Sequence record: NZ_CP041047.1
Reading direction: 5' to 3' (one strand)
Source: a plasmid
DNA length: 64,000 nucleotides
The notes below the pieces were generated by a model. It had not been told where the DNA came from and did no database searches. It saw only the letters and a list, made by a program, of their open reading frames with translations. Positions 43,339-54,153 of this stretch are shown here, piece after piece. Position numbers and translations under genes: made by a program. Positions within the stretch are counted from its first letter, which is position 1. The number at the start of each line of letters is the position of its first letter.

Positions 43339-43380
43339 TGGTCCTGGCTCGTGAGTTTCAGGGCTGACCAATGGGGAGTG

Positions 43381-43424
43381 CAGAAAATAGCCTACAGTAC
43401 CGACAAAGGTCAGTGTTCTGTAGG
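43381..43424 (-). terminator. riboswitch expression-platform terminator
   Basis: CCUACAG...CUGUAGG stem sharing the aptamer 3' CCUAC, followed by CUAUUUUCUG. Confidence 0.65.
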
Positions 43425-43473
43425 CGTCATTAACTGTCAGAAAACAGTGGTTATAAGGAGGAACGCCATCTCC
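43420..43473 (-). promoter_or_regulatory. fluoride riboswitch (crcB motif) aptamer
   Basis: RNA GGAGAUGGCGUUCCUCC-UUAUAAC-CACUGU...ACAGU-UAAUGACGCCUAC matches consensus GGnGAUGGnGUUCnCC...UAAUGAnnCCUAC; pseudoknot GGCGU/ACGCC; TATAGT -10 about 7 nt upstream. Confidence 0.85.
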
Positions 43474-43694
43474 GCCGGGCACTATACCTGTTCTGCCCAA
43501 CGTTGACCATGATTTTTCCTGCTTCGCCTGCGGAATTAGCCTCCCCTCATTCGCAAAACCGTAACGGATCGCCGGAAAATGGAGTGTTCCGCAGATTGTC
43601 TGCCAGTGAAATATTATTCAGGATAGACAGACCAAGATACAGGAAATGAAGATGACAGTTTTTAAATATTGCCACTGCCATCTCCCACCCATCA

Positions 43695-44273
43695 TTAAAT
43701 TTTGAATAATTTTAAGCTGATTGTTTTAAAAAAAGAGAATACATATTCACCTTTATATTTCCATAACCGGCAGAAAAGAGCATTAGACACCATCCCCGTG
43801 ATGACACCTCCTATCATATCGAGAGGAAAATGTACGCCAAGATAAATACGTGACCAGGCGACCAGAATACTAATGCCCAACACCACCAGGCCGGTACGTA
43901 CTGCCTTTGCGCTGATCAGCGCAAGCGCAAAACACACAAAAATGGTCATATGATCACTCGGGAATGAGTAATCTGCCGTATGCGAAAACCAGACATAGCC
44001 CAGCGGAACCATAAATGGTCTTGGATGCGGCCAGAAGGTTCCAATAATCAGGCTCAACACTACACCAATGACCATTGTTAACGTTGAGCGAAGCGCCAGT
44101 ATCTTTCCTTTTTCTTTACCGGCAAACCATAAAAAAATAATAATAAATGGTATGGCATAAATAAGGGTATTCGCAAAAAAATTCGCAATAACCAGAGCTG
44201 AATCAGGCGTTCCAGGCTTAGCGTTCATAGCAAGGAAAATTTTTCTGTTCAGAGTTTCAATTTCATTCAGCAT
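43695..44273 (-). CDS. PAP2-family lipid phosphatase (PgpB/YbjG-like)
   Basis: PAP2 motifs PHPRPF, FPSDHM, SRIYLGVHFPLD; six TM helices. Confidence 0.7.
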   Translation of the reverse strand: MLNEIETLNRKIFLAMNAKPGTPDSALVIANFFANTLIYAIPFIIIFLWFAGKEKGKILALRSTLTMVIGVVLSLIIGTFWPHPRPFMVPLGYVWFSHTADYSFPSDHMTIFVCFALALISAKAVRTGLVVLGISILVAWSRIYLGVHFPLDMIGGVITGMVSNALFCRLWKYKGEYVFSFFKTISLKLFKI

Positions 44274-44497
44274 AAATGTTAATTACCCAGAAAAAAGAAG
44301 CATAATACTGCCTGATTCTTAATATTCACTTAAGAAAAATCCATGATGGCTGGCAGATCCCCCCAGATTCTCACCGTTCATTCTCGCTGAAGCCCTGGAG
44401 GGATAGGATGACACCGCGCGTAAGGAATAACCTACACAACAGAGAACAATAATTGATATTGATTTATTGCAACGGTCCATATAAGATTGATCAACAA

Positions 44498-44565
44498 GGT
44501 GATGGTGCTCCACCTTACCCAACCGCCGGTTTCTTTAAAAACCGGATGATGACGCCTGATATACA
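44498..44565 (+). promoter_or_regulatory. fluoride riboswitch (crcB motif) aptamer
   Basis: GGUGAUGGUGCUCCACC-UUACCCAAC-CGCCGG(loop)CCGG-AUGAUGACGCCUGAU; P1 GGUG/CACC; 3' CCUGAUAUACA can pair with UGUAUGUCAGG spanning the start codon. Confidence 0.7.
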
Positions 44566-44592
44566 GTTGAATTAGTCCTTTTATAGGCATGT

Positions 44593-45570
44593 ATGTCAGG
44601 TATCGCTATGAAAAATCAAACCACATTACCGCTTACCTCAGAATCTCTCTCTTTTCAAAGAGATAATCCAATCCATGTCTTCGGTCATCGAAATCCTGAC
44701 AGCGATGCTATCTGCAGCGCGCTGGTTGTGGCTGACTGGCTTAATTACACTGGTCGTCCCGCAACGCCCTGGCGCCTGGGGGATATCACCCCGGAAACCC
44801 GTTACATCCTCAATGTCGCGGGTGTTTCACAACCTGATTTACTCACCGCCGACTTGACTGATAAAACCGTATGGCTGGTTGATTTTACGGATGCGGAGCA
44901 GGGACCATCCTCGTTGATGGACAGCAACGTCATCGGCATCATTGACCATCATCGTATTGGCACCCTCATTACCCGCAATCCACCGGATGTCTGGGTGCGG
45001 GCGGTAGGATGCTGCGGAACCGTAATTCTCTCAATTCTGATGCATGACATTCCGATGCCGATTACGGCATCTCAGGCAGTGTTGCTGATGGGGGCGATCC
45101 TCAGTGATACCGTTGCGCTGACTGGCCCCACCACCACCACTCAGGATCAGGAAGCCGTGGCAGTTTTGCGTGAAATCGCCGGTATCGATTATGACCAGTT
45201 TGTGACAGGGCTACTGCGTGCCAAAACAGATATAACCGGGCAATCCACATCGGTATTACTCAATCGTGACGCCAAAAATTACCGGATCCATGATGTGCCG
45301 CTGTTGTTGTCACAAATTGAGGTACGCGACATGGCTGATATTACTCCCCTGTTGCCCGCGCTGCTGCAGGAAATGGATAAAACCTGTAAAGACAGTTCGC
45401 TGGACATGGTTATTTTGATGGTGACAGACATCACCAACCGGAACTCCGTTTTACTTTTTTCAGATAGCAGCCTGACAGGCTCTCTCCAGATGTCGCTGCC
45501 CGGTATGACAAGCCGGAAGAAAGAAATCCTGCCCTGGCTGACCGACCACTTCGCTTCTTATAAGAGGTGA
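44593..45570 (+). CDS. ppaC: DHH-family II (Mn-dependent) inorganic pyrophosphatase-like phosphoesterase
   Basis: DHH motifs HRNPDSDAICSA, GIIDHHRIG; 325 aa. Confidence 0.7.
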   Translation: MSGIAMKNQTTLPLTSESLSFQRDNPIHVFGHRNPDSDAICSALVVADWLNYTGRPATPWRLGDITPETRYILNVAGVSQPDLLTADLTDKTVWLVDFTDAEQGPSSLMDSNVIGIIDHHRIGTLITRNPPDVWVRAVGCCGTVILSILMHDIPMPITASQAVLLMGAILSDTVALTGPTTTTQDQEAVAVLREIAGIDYDQFVTGLLRAKTDITGQSTSVLLNRDAKNYRIHDVPLLLSQIEVRDMADITPLLPALLQEMDKTCKDSSLDMVILMVTDITNRNSVLLFSDSSLTGSLQMSLPGMTSRKKEILPWLTDHFASYKR

Positions 45571-45573
45571 TTT

Positions 45574-46002
45574 ATGCAAATTTACCGGCATGCCTTATTA
45601 CTTGTACAGAATGAAACCGATGGTCTGCTGTTGCTTGAGCAGGCAGAACGTCTGGCAAAAGAGATGGGCACCCGTATTACTGTCGGCCATCTCAGCGCTG
45701 ACTACCGGGAACTGGATTATACCAGTGATTCATTAACTAAAGATCGCCAGTCACACGAAGTTATTGATGCAAAGGCAATGCTGAGCCGTCTGGTGGAGTC
45801 CAGCAGTATTGATATCAAAGTCAGGTCCATCGTCAGTATCCATCGTTTCCGGGACGTCGAAGCCGTTGTTCAGCACGAAGATATTGATCTGGTCATGCTG
45901 GGGCATAAAAACCGCCTGTTCGGGGTTTTTTCTTCCTACTCTTTCGAATTTATCAATCACCTTTCTGTTGATGTTTTGATTAAACACATTCCAACCCCAT
46001 AA
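45574..46002 (+). CDS. usp: universal stress protein family
   Basis: 142 aa UspA fold, VMLGHKNR. Confidence 0.7.
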   Translation: MQIYRHALLLVQNETDGLLLLEQAERLAKEMGTRITVGHLSADYRELDYTSDSLTKDRQSHEVIDAKAMLSRLVESSSIDIKVRSIVSIHRFRDVEAVVQHEDIDLVMLGHKNRLFGVFSSYSFEFINHLSVDVLIKHIPTP

Positions 46003-47304
<1,302 letters not shown>

Positions 47305-47313
47305 TTCCGTCAC

Positions 47314-47343
47314 CCTTCCCGTATGCTTAGCTACGGGAAGGGG
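47314..47343 (+). other. strong RNA hairpin after eno without U tract
   Basis: CCCTTCCCGTA-loop-TACGGGAAGGG. Confidence 0.4.
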
Positions 47344-47355
47344 TAAGGTGATCCT

Positions 47356-47550
47356 ATGAACGGAAAAATACTCATACTGTCAACAGCAACGGGGATCCTG
47401 GCAACCTGTCTGGTTTTCCTGATCGCCGATGTCTTTTTTAACGTACTGCCAGATGATACCAGCGCTGTTGTAATCGCGCTGTTCATCGGGAGCTGCACCC
47501 ATCTTCTGATGCGCCACCTCCTTGACCGGAGCCCAGGTAAATTCAGGTAA
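47356..47550 (+). CDS. small two-TM membrane protein inside fluoride operon
   Basis: 64 aa, AAGGTGA RBS. Confidence 0.35.
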   Translation: MNGKILILSTATGILATCLVFLIADVFFNVLPDDTSAVVIALFIGSCTHLLMRHLLDRSPGKFR

Positions 47551-47622
47551 TCAGTACAAACAACTGAACGGGTTCAGGTCCTTCAGGTTCAGTCGCTGTT
47601 GGTGACCGACAGGTAGTTGCTT

Positions 47623-48309
47623 ATGGGAAAAATTATTTTACTCCGCCATGGAGAGAGTCAGTGGAATCAGCAAAATCGTTTTACCGGATGGGAAGATGTT
47701 CCGCTGACGCAGAAAGGAGTGGAGGAAGCCCGGCGCGCAGCAAACCTGATAAAACGGTCGGGGATCATCATTGATGGTGCCTGCACATCCGTTCTGAATC
47801 GGGCAATTCATTCACTCTGGCTGATAATGGAAACGCTGAATCAATTGTGGTTACCGGTGGACAAATCATGGCGGTTAAATGAACGCCATTACGGTGCGCT
47901 TCAGGGAATGAATAAGGATGAAGCCGCTCAACAAATTGGCCAGAATATCGTTTATCACTGGCGGAGGAGCTATCGTGGCATCCCTCCTCCGTTGCTGGAT
48001 GCGCCTGCTTTACTTCATCGTGAGGCACGTTATCGCCATGTGTCCCTGACGGACCTACCGGCGGGTGAAAGTCTGGAAATGACGCAGCGAAGGCTGCTGC
48101 CTTACTGGCACCACGTCATTGTCCCGCGTGTTGCCAGTGGTGAAACCATGCTGCTGGTCAGTCATGCTAATGCATTGCGTGCGCTAACCATGTTTATTGA
48201 GCAGATTGATGAGAACAAGGTTCCCGATCTGCATGTCCTGACGGGTATCCCCGTACTGTATGAAATGAATGAAAATCGGGCCATCACCGCACGTTATTCC
48301 CTTGAATGA
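47623..48309 (+). CDS. gpmA: 2,3-bisphosphoglycerate-dependent phosphoglycerate mutase (GpmA-like)
   Basis: LLRHGESQWN catalytic motif, WLPVDKSWRLNERHYGALQG. Confidence 0.8.
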   Translation: MGKIILLRHGESQWNQQNRFTGWEDVPLTQKGVEEARRAANLIKRSGIIIDGACTSVLNRAIHSLWLIMETLNQLWLPVDKSWRLNERHYGALQGMNKDEAAQQIGQNIVYHWRRSYRGIPPPLLDAPALLHREARYRHVSLTDLPAGESLEMTQRRLLPYWHHVIVPRVASGETMLLVSHANALRALTMFIEQIDENKVPDLHVLTGIPVLYEMNENRAITARYSLE

Positions 48310-48343
48310 CGGTCTGATGGTGCCCTGATTTCTGCGAGGTGGT

Positions 48344-48718
48344 ATGTACAAATCATTATTCGCGGTAGTGATAGGCGGCTCGATCGGCTGTGTGATCCGC
48401 TGGATACTGTCCATGCGTCTCAATGCACTTTTCCCCAATCTTCCACCTGGCACCCTGGTGGTTAATCTGGTTGGCGGATTTATCATCGGTATGGCACTGG
48501 CCTTCTTTGTCCGGCAGCCTCACCTCGATCCCGCCTGGAAGTTTTTTATTACCACCGGCTTATGCGGCGGTATGACCACCTTTTCCACTTTTTCAGCTGA
48601 GGTGGTAGTTCTACTTCAGAATGGCAATTATGCATGGGCTGTCATTTCCGTACTGACGCACGTAACTGGCTCGCTTTTGATGACTGCAGCCGGTTTTTTT
48701 GTAATGACACTGTTGTAA
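48344..48718 (+). CDS. crcB: fluoride channel CrcB/Fluc
   Basis: 124 aa, GGFIIG...CGGMTTFSTF motifs. Confidence 0.9.
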   Translation: MYKSLFAVVIGGSIGCVIRWILSMRLNALFPNLPPGTLVVNLVGGFIIGMALAFFVRQPHLDPAWKFFITTGLCGGMTTFSTFSAEVVVLLQNGNYAWAVISVLTHVTGSLLMTAAGFFVMTLL

Positions 48719-48791
48719 AGGCATATGCGCCATACACTTAACCGGTGCCATGTCTCCGTCAGACTTTTATTATATCGGCATAACAACACGC

Positions 48792-48814
48792 CTGACCTGC
48801 CGGGTCAGTTTTTT
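48792..48814 (+). terminator. intrinsic terminator / attenuator immediately upstream of P-type ATPase RBS
   Basis: CTGACC-tgccg-GGTCAG followed by TTTTTT, 15 nt before ATPase ATG. Confidence 0.6.
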
Positions 48815-48828
48815 CCGGAGAAGGATGT

Positions 48829-51165
48829 ATGGAGATGACCCCTGAGAATAACGTGAAGGGACTTTCCGAAGCCGAGGTGCAGGCCAGGCTGGTGCAATAT
48901 GGCTATAACGAAGTACGTGAACAGCCTCCGGGCCAGCTGCGTACGATCCTCAAACGTCTGTGGGGCCCCATCCCCTGGATGCTCGAAATTGCGCTGGTAC
49001 TCGAAGTGGCTCTGGGAAAGACGGTTGAACCCGCCATCATTGCAGGATGGCTCGCTTTCAGTGCGGTCCTTGGCGGCATTCAGGAACGGCGGGCACAGTC
49101 AGCACTTGACCTGCTGCGTAGTCGGCTGAAAGTTAATACCAGTGTATGCCGTGATGGCACCTGGCGCCAGATACCGGCCCGAGGGCTTGTCCCCGGTGAC
49201 TTTATCGTCTTAACGGCGGGGAACCTGGTCCCTGCCGACTGTATGATTGATGAGGGAGTCGTGGATGTTGACCAGGCAGCCCTGACCGGGGAGTCGACCC
49301 AGGAGTCACACAACAAGGGTGATACTCTCTATTCAGGATCGACGATTACACGCGGTAAGGCGACAGGAACCGTCACCGCCACCGGTACCCGAAGCTACTT
49401 TGGGCGTACGGCAGAGCTGGTACGAACGGCCAGCTCTGCCAGCCATCTTGAACAGCTTCTGTTCGCTGTTGTGCGCTATCTTGTGACCATTGACGCCGTG
49501 CTTGCGGTCATTCTGGCCGTTGTTGCACTCTGGCGCGGTGAAGATTTGTTGCCCCTCGTCCCCTTTTTTCTTGTTCTCATTATTGCGACCGTCCCGGTGA
49601 CAATGCCGGCAGCCTTTACGGTCGCCAATGCAGTGGAAGCCCGGCGACTGGCGAATCAGGGGGTACTTGTCACCGGCCTGTCAGCGGTACAGGAAGCGGC
49701 AACCATGGATGTGCTGTGTATCGACAAAACCGGTACACTGACCAGAAACCAGCAGTCAGTTGCCGGCATAACGGCGCTTCCGGGAGAGAATGAGGACGAG
49801 GTACTGGCCTGGGCTGCCGCAGCCTGCGACGAAACGATGCAGGGGCAACTTGAGATGGCGATTCTGGATGCGTTACGACGCCGGGGGGGAATGCCGCACA
49901 TCCGTGAGCAATTCATCCCGTTCGATCCTGCCACGAAACGTTCCGAAGCCCGTGTGTGTTCAGACAATGACGGATCGTCCGTTCACGTCATTCTGGGTTC
50001 ACCGATGGTCGTTGCATCACTCGCCGAATCTCCTCCTGAGTTCACCACGATCCAGCAGGCCATGGCGGCGTCCGGCGCCAGGATCCTGGCAGTCGCAACC
50101 GGCACCGACGGCCATCTCCGTATCCGAGGGTTGCTGGCACTAGCCGATACACTACGCGATGATGCCGCAGCCCTCGTCAGGGATATCCGGGCACTGGGTA
50201 TCAGGATAATCATGGTCACCGGTGATACGGTTGATACCGCCAGAGTTATCAGCCGCCAGGCAGGACTCGGTGACCGCTTCGGCGATGCAGCCAGGGACCT
50301 GCAGGCACCTCTCCACTTTGATGGTTTTGCTAACTTCTATCCGGAGGAAAAATTCCGTCTGGTGCAGTCCCTGCAACAAACGGGCTGTATAGTCGGCATG
50401 ACGGGTGACGGTGTGAATGATGCGCCGGCACTGAAACAAGCCGGAGTGGGCATTGCCGTACAAACAGCGTCTGACGTGGCAAAAGCAGCTGCTCAGGTGG
50501 TATTGACCCACCCCGGGTTAGACGGTGTTGCCGCCGTCGTATCAGGGGGCCGCTGTGTGTTTCGCCGTATGCTGACCTGGACAATAACGAAAATAGCCCG
50601 GACCGTTGAGCTGGCGGCCCTGCTGACCATCGGCTATATCGCGACAGGATTCTTCGTCACACCGCTGGTTCTGATTGCCGTGATTGTGGTTCTCAATGAT
50701 GTGGTGACCATCACGCTGGCGACAGACCGGTCATGGATTTCTTCATCACCGGAAAGATGGAACGTTGGTGAAATTGCCAGGCTGGGAGGTGTCCTGGCCG
50801 CAGGCTGGCTGGTTCTGGCATTCATTATCCTGTGGTTCGTCCTTACCAGGTTGCAGCTTCCCGTCCCACAAATCCAGGCCCTGATGTTCGCCTATCTGAT
50901 GTATACGGCCCAGATGACGATTTATCTTTCACGAACGCCGGGCCGCTGCTGGTCACTCCGGCCGGGCCGGTTTGTTGTGTTGGCCACGGTGGGCAATATC
51001 ATCATTGCCACCGTACTGGCTGCCGGTGGTTTTCTTATGACGCCGGTTTCACTGACACTGCTGGTCATCATGTTTGCTCTGGTTTTGCTGGCCACCCTTC
51101 TGCTCGATCAGATCAAGATATGGCTCTTCGCCAGAAGACCTGTTGAGGACTCACCGAAAAGCTGA
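48829..51165 (+). CDS. P-type cation-transporting ATPase (type III H+/Mg2+-like)
   Basis: DKTGTLT phosphorylation site, MVTGD, GDGVNDAPAL; 778 aa. Confidence 0.8.
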   Translation: MEMTPENNVKGLSEAEVQARLVQYGYNEVREQPPGQLRTILKRLWGPIPWMLEIALVLEVALGKTVEPAIIAGWLAFSAVLGGIQERRAQSALDLLRSRLKVNTSVCRDGTWRQIPARGLVPGDFIVLTAGNLVPADCMIDEGVVDVDQAALTGESTQESHNKGDTLYSGSTITRGKATGTVTATGTRSYFGRTAELVRTASSASHLEQLLFAVVRYLVTIDAVLAVILAVVALWRGEDLLPLVPFFLVLIIATVPVTMPAAFTVANAVEARRLANQGVLVTGLSAVQEAATMDVLCIDKTGTLTRNQQSVAGITALPGENEDEVLAWAAAACDETMQGQLEMAILDALRRRGGMPHIREQFIPFDPATKRSEARVCSDNDGSSVHVILGSPMVVASLAESPPEFTTIQQAMAASGARILAVATGTDGHLRIRGLLALADTLRDDAAALVRDIRALGIRIIMVTGDTVDTARVISRQAGLGDRFGDAARDLQAPLHFDGFANFYPEEKFRLVQSLQQTGCIVGMTGDGVNDAPALKQAGVGIAVQTASDVAKAAAQVVLTHPGLDGVAAVVSGGRCVFRRMLTWTITKIARTVELAALLTIGYIATGFFVTPLVLIAVIVVLNDVVTITLATDRSWISSSPERWNVGEIARLGGVLAAGWLVLAFIILWFVLTRLQLPVPQIQALMFAYLMYTAQMTIYLSRTPGRCWSLRPGRFVVLATVGNIIIATVLAAGGFLMTPVSLTLLVIMFALVLLATLLLDQIKIWLFARRPVEDSPKS

Positions 51166-51229
51166 ACACAGATTATAACCGTTCGCCATAGCCTGAACGG
51201 TTATCGCCTGTCGGGCTATGTGGGGGCAT

Positions 51230-52750
51230 TCAGCTGCGTTCAGCGGGTTGTGCCGGAGGCGTGAAGACCTCCCGGTAGAGGTCTTCACCATAGCTGGTAT
51301 CCAGTGGTGTCCCTTCCGTCATGCGGAACGTTCTTTCACCATCATCACGCCTCTCCGCGCACAGATAAACCGTATCCTGGTGATACTCCTGATAAAATGC
51401 GCAGGCAAATTCCGACGTGTGTGTGACGAAAAACAGCTTCACATGACACTCTGCCAGCGCGGTCACTATCCCCCTGATAATACCGGCTCCTTCCCGGCTG
51501 TTGGTGGCGGCAAACGATTCATTAAACAACACCAGATCATCCGGCTTCAGTTCGCTAACGATATCCCGCATGCGTCTGAGCTCTTCATCAAGCTTTCCGC
51601 TGACCATATGGCTGTCTTCTTCACATTTATAATGAGTAAAAATCTGCCGGCAGATATCGGAACTGAAACATTCAGCAGACACAAACATTCCCGTCTGCAT
51701 CATTATCTGAGCCAGGCCAATGCTGCGCAGGAACGTTGATTTTCCACCCTGGTTAGCCCCGGTAATAATAAAGGTATTTTTATTATCCGTTTTCAGGGTA
51801 TTACTGATGACAGTATCCGGAGAGGTCAGCGCCAGACAGGTATCAAATAATGAATCAAAGACCAGATGGCGCTCCCTTTTGTAGATCGGAACCGGAAAAC
51901 ACTGTGGCACATTCCGGTGATTCAGCACCTCAGCAAGATTCAGGCAGGCGATATAGAAACCCAGCTCAGCACGCAACGCGCGAAAGAAATTGAGCAGATG
52001 TGCTGTAGACTGAGCCATTGCGCTGGCAACCAACACCAGTCCTTCATCCTGCAGGTCACTGAGTGCCCTGAACCCATTTTCATCCCGGGGAGCAATCTGT
52101 ACCGTATAATGTTCCGGTTTGCGGGAAAACAGACGCCGGAACCAGTTTCTGCTCTCCGCGGCAGGCTGGCGAAGAACATAGGCCTCCCCCCGGTTTCCCG
52201 CCCCCAGTCTGGCGCTCAGCAATACCCCTTTTTTAAATGTCATCTGCCTGAGGTGTTCCTCGATCACCTCAAGGTATTCATCATTCAGCTCCTGCATAAT
52301 CATGACAAACAGGCGTTCCATACCGGGTGAGGCGACATGAAGAAGGTTTTTCTCCGCTATTCCCCTGACCTTACGTAAATTGTCCAGCAGAAAACGGGTG
52401 AACGAAATGGACTGATGAAGAATGGCGGAAGGGTATCGCCCGAAAATACCGTAATGGAGTTTTTCCTTTTCCATTAACAGGCAGTCCACCACAATTTTAT
52501 AAAATTCCCTGAAAATTTCAGGATTGTAGAGACAATCGCGCAGGATAGCCTGCCGGTATTCAATATCCTGTACCTCGGTCAATGGTTGTGAACACGCTTT
52601 TCTCACCACCGAATACAGAAAATCATCCCCACCGGAAAGCGCCTGAAAGAGGACATCCAGCTCAAGGTCTTTAGTCAGAAGGGTAAAGTGGGCAGGAAAT
52701 GATTCATCCACGATAAAATCATCATGTTTATACATCAGGTATGCTTTCAT
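51230..52750 (-). CDS. MutS-domain (III/V) ABC-ATPase family protein lacking mismatch-binding domain
   Basis: Walker A ITGANQGGKSTFL, LVLFNESFAATNS...FFVTHTSEF (MutS domain V); start ATG 52750 overlaps upstream stop. Confidence 0.65.
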   Translation of the reverse strand: MKAYLMYKHDDFIVDESFPAHFTLLTKDLELDVLFQALSGGDDFLYSVVRKACSQPLTEVQDIEYRQAILRDCLYNPEIFREFYKIVVDCLLMEKEKLHYGIFGRYPSAILHQSISFTRFLLDNLRKVRGIAEKNLLHVASPGMERLFVMIMQELNDEYLEVIEEHLRQMTFKKGVLLSARLGAGNRGEAYVLRQPAAESRNWFRRLFSRKPEHYTVQIAPRDENGFRALSDLQDEGLVLVASAMAQSTAHLLNFFRALRAELGFYIACLNLAEVLNHRNVPQCFPVPIYKRERHLVFDSLFDTCLALTSPDTVISNTLKTDNKNTFIITGANQGGKSTFLRSIGLAQIMMQTGMFVSAECFSSDICRQIFTHYKCEEDSHMVSGKLDEELRRMRDIVSELKPDDLVLFNESFAATNSREGAGIIRGIVTALAECHVKLFFVTHTSEFACAFYQEYHQDTVYLCAERRDDGERTFRMTEGTPLDTSYGEDLYREVFTPPAQPAERS

Positions 52751-53071
52751 CCGTTTAACCCCGCTTTTATTTTTTCGTAGGTCAGCCCATATTTCTGCAC
52801 CAGGGTGACCGACCATGCCACGCCATCAGCAGGTTTCCTGATAATTTTATAGGTCCGGGAGGCCTCATTATCCTCTTCCACCGTACTCATCATGCTGACG
52901 ACTGACGTATCCAGTGCCGTCAGTTCATCGATAAACGTCACGCAGATACAAATGGCATCCAGCGCGATGACCTTTTCAATGATCCGGGTACCCAGAAAAA
53001 TCGCATCGTGTGAGGTTGTGGAGGTGAATATCTCATTCATAATGATGAGACTGCGGGTAGTGGATTTATCC
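52747..53071 (-). pseudogene. MutS-domain ATPase paralog, 5' part removed by IS26
   Basis: C-terminal LIIMNEIFTSTTSHDA...FIDELT resembles MutS domain V; reading frame runs into the IS26 IR at 53072. Confidence 0.5.
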
Positions 53072-53891
53072 GGCACTGTTGCAAATAGTCGGTGGTGATA
53101 AACTTATCATCCCCTTTTGCTGATGGAGCTGCACATGAACCCATTCAAAGGCCGGCATTTTCAGCGTGACATCATTCTGTGGGCCGTACGCTGGTACTGC
53201 AAATACGGCATCAGTTACCGTGAGCTGCAGGAGATGCTGGCTGAACGCGGAGTGAATGTCGATCACTCCACGATTTACCGCTGGGTTCAGCGTTATGCGC
53301 CTGAAATGGAAAAACGGCTGCGCTGGTACTGGCGTAACCCTTCCGATCTTTGCCCGTGGCACATGGATGAAACCTACGTGAAGGTCAATGGCCGCTGGGC
53401 GTATCTGTACCGGGCCGTCGACAGCCGGGGCCGCACTGTCGATTTTTATCTCTCCTCCCGTCGTAACAGCAAAGCTGCATACCGGTTTCTGGGTAAAATC
53501 CTCAACAACGTGAAGAAGTGGCAGATCCCGCGATTCATCAACACGGATAAAGCGCCCGCCTATGGTCGCGCGCTTGCTCTGCTCAAACGCGAAGGCCGGT
53601 GCCCGTCTGACGTTGAACACCGACAGATTAAGTACCGGAACAACGTGATTGAATGCGATCATGGCAAACTGAAACGGATAATCGGCGCCACGCTGGGATT
53701 TAAATCCATGAAGACGGCTTACGGCACCATCAAAGGTATTGAGGTGATGCGTGCACTACGCAAAGGCCAGGCCTCAGCATTTTATTATGGTGATCCCCTG
53801 GGCGAAATGCGCCTGGTAAGCAGAGTTTTTGAAATGTAAGGCCTTTGAATAAGACAAAAGGCTGCCTCATCGCTAACTTTGCAACAGTGCC
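53072..53891 (+). mobile_element. IS26 (copy 1), 820 bp
   Basis: 14-bp IRs GGCACTGTTGCAAA / TTTGCAACAGTGCC; no flanking 8-bp duplication. Confidence 0.95.
53135..53839 (+). CDS. tnpA: IS26 transposase Tnp26 (variant with Gly at position 196)
   Basis: MNPFKGRHFQRDIILWAVRW...; differs from copy 2 at KTAYGTIKG vs KTAYATIKG. Confidence 0.95.
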   Translation: MNPFKGRHFQRDIILWAVRWYCKYGISYRELQEMLAERGVNVDHSTIYRWVQRYAPEMEKRLRWYWRNPSDLCPWHMDETYVKVNGRWAYLYRAVDSRGRTVDFYLSSRRNSKAAYRFLGKILNNVKKWQIPRFINTDKAPAYGRALALLKREGRCPSDVEHRQIKYRNNVIECDHGKLKRIIGATLGFKSMKTAYGTIKGIEVMRALRKGQASAFYYGDPLGEMRLVSRVFEM

Positions 53892-54153
53892 ACTTTTTGT
53901 GGTGTTTAAATAAAACATTGGGCACCAAAACATATCCAAAAGATGCAAATTTCGTTACCATGAAAACACAAAGGTGTCAGAGAAAGAATCTCGGTCCACC
54001 TATAGTTCAAGTCCGACAGGCTGCTAACCGCAGCGATTTGCCGACCTTGCGCGCCTGCATATGCCTGCGCGGGCGACGGTGCAAAAATCGCGCGCATGCT
54101 GCGAATCGAACGAACCAAAACCGCAATAGAACACACCGTCCAGGGAGCAAGCA

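Noticed and set aside
41965-43500. N-terminal extension of the CLC-F ORF (MGRTGIVPGG...)
   Set aside because: The extension runs through the riboswitch and its terminator. The true start is ATG 43338 with an AGGA RBS.
44274-44497. Possible riboswitch upstream of the PAP2 gene on the minus strand
   Set aside because: No GAUGG or CCUAC blocks on that strand.
53066-53662. 198/203-aa ORFs antisense to IS26 transposase (also 56590-57201)
   Set aside because: They mirror the known tnp26 gene and are a standard antisense artefact.
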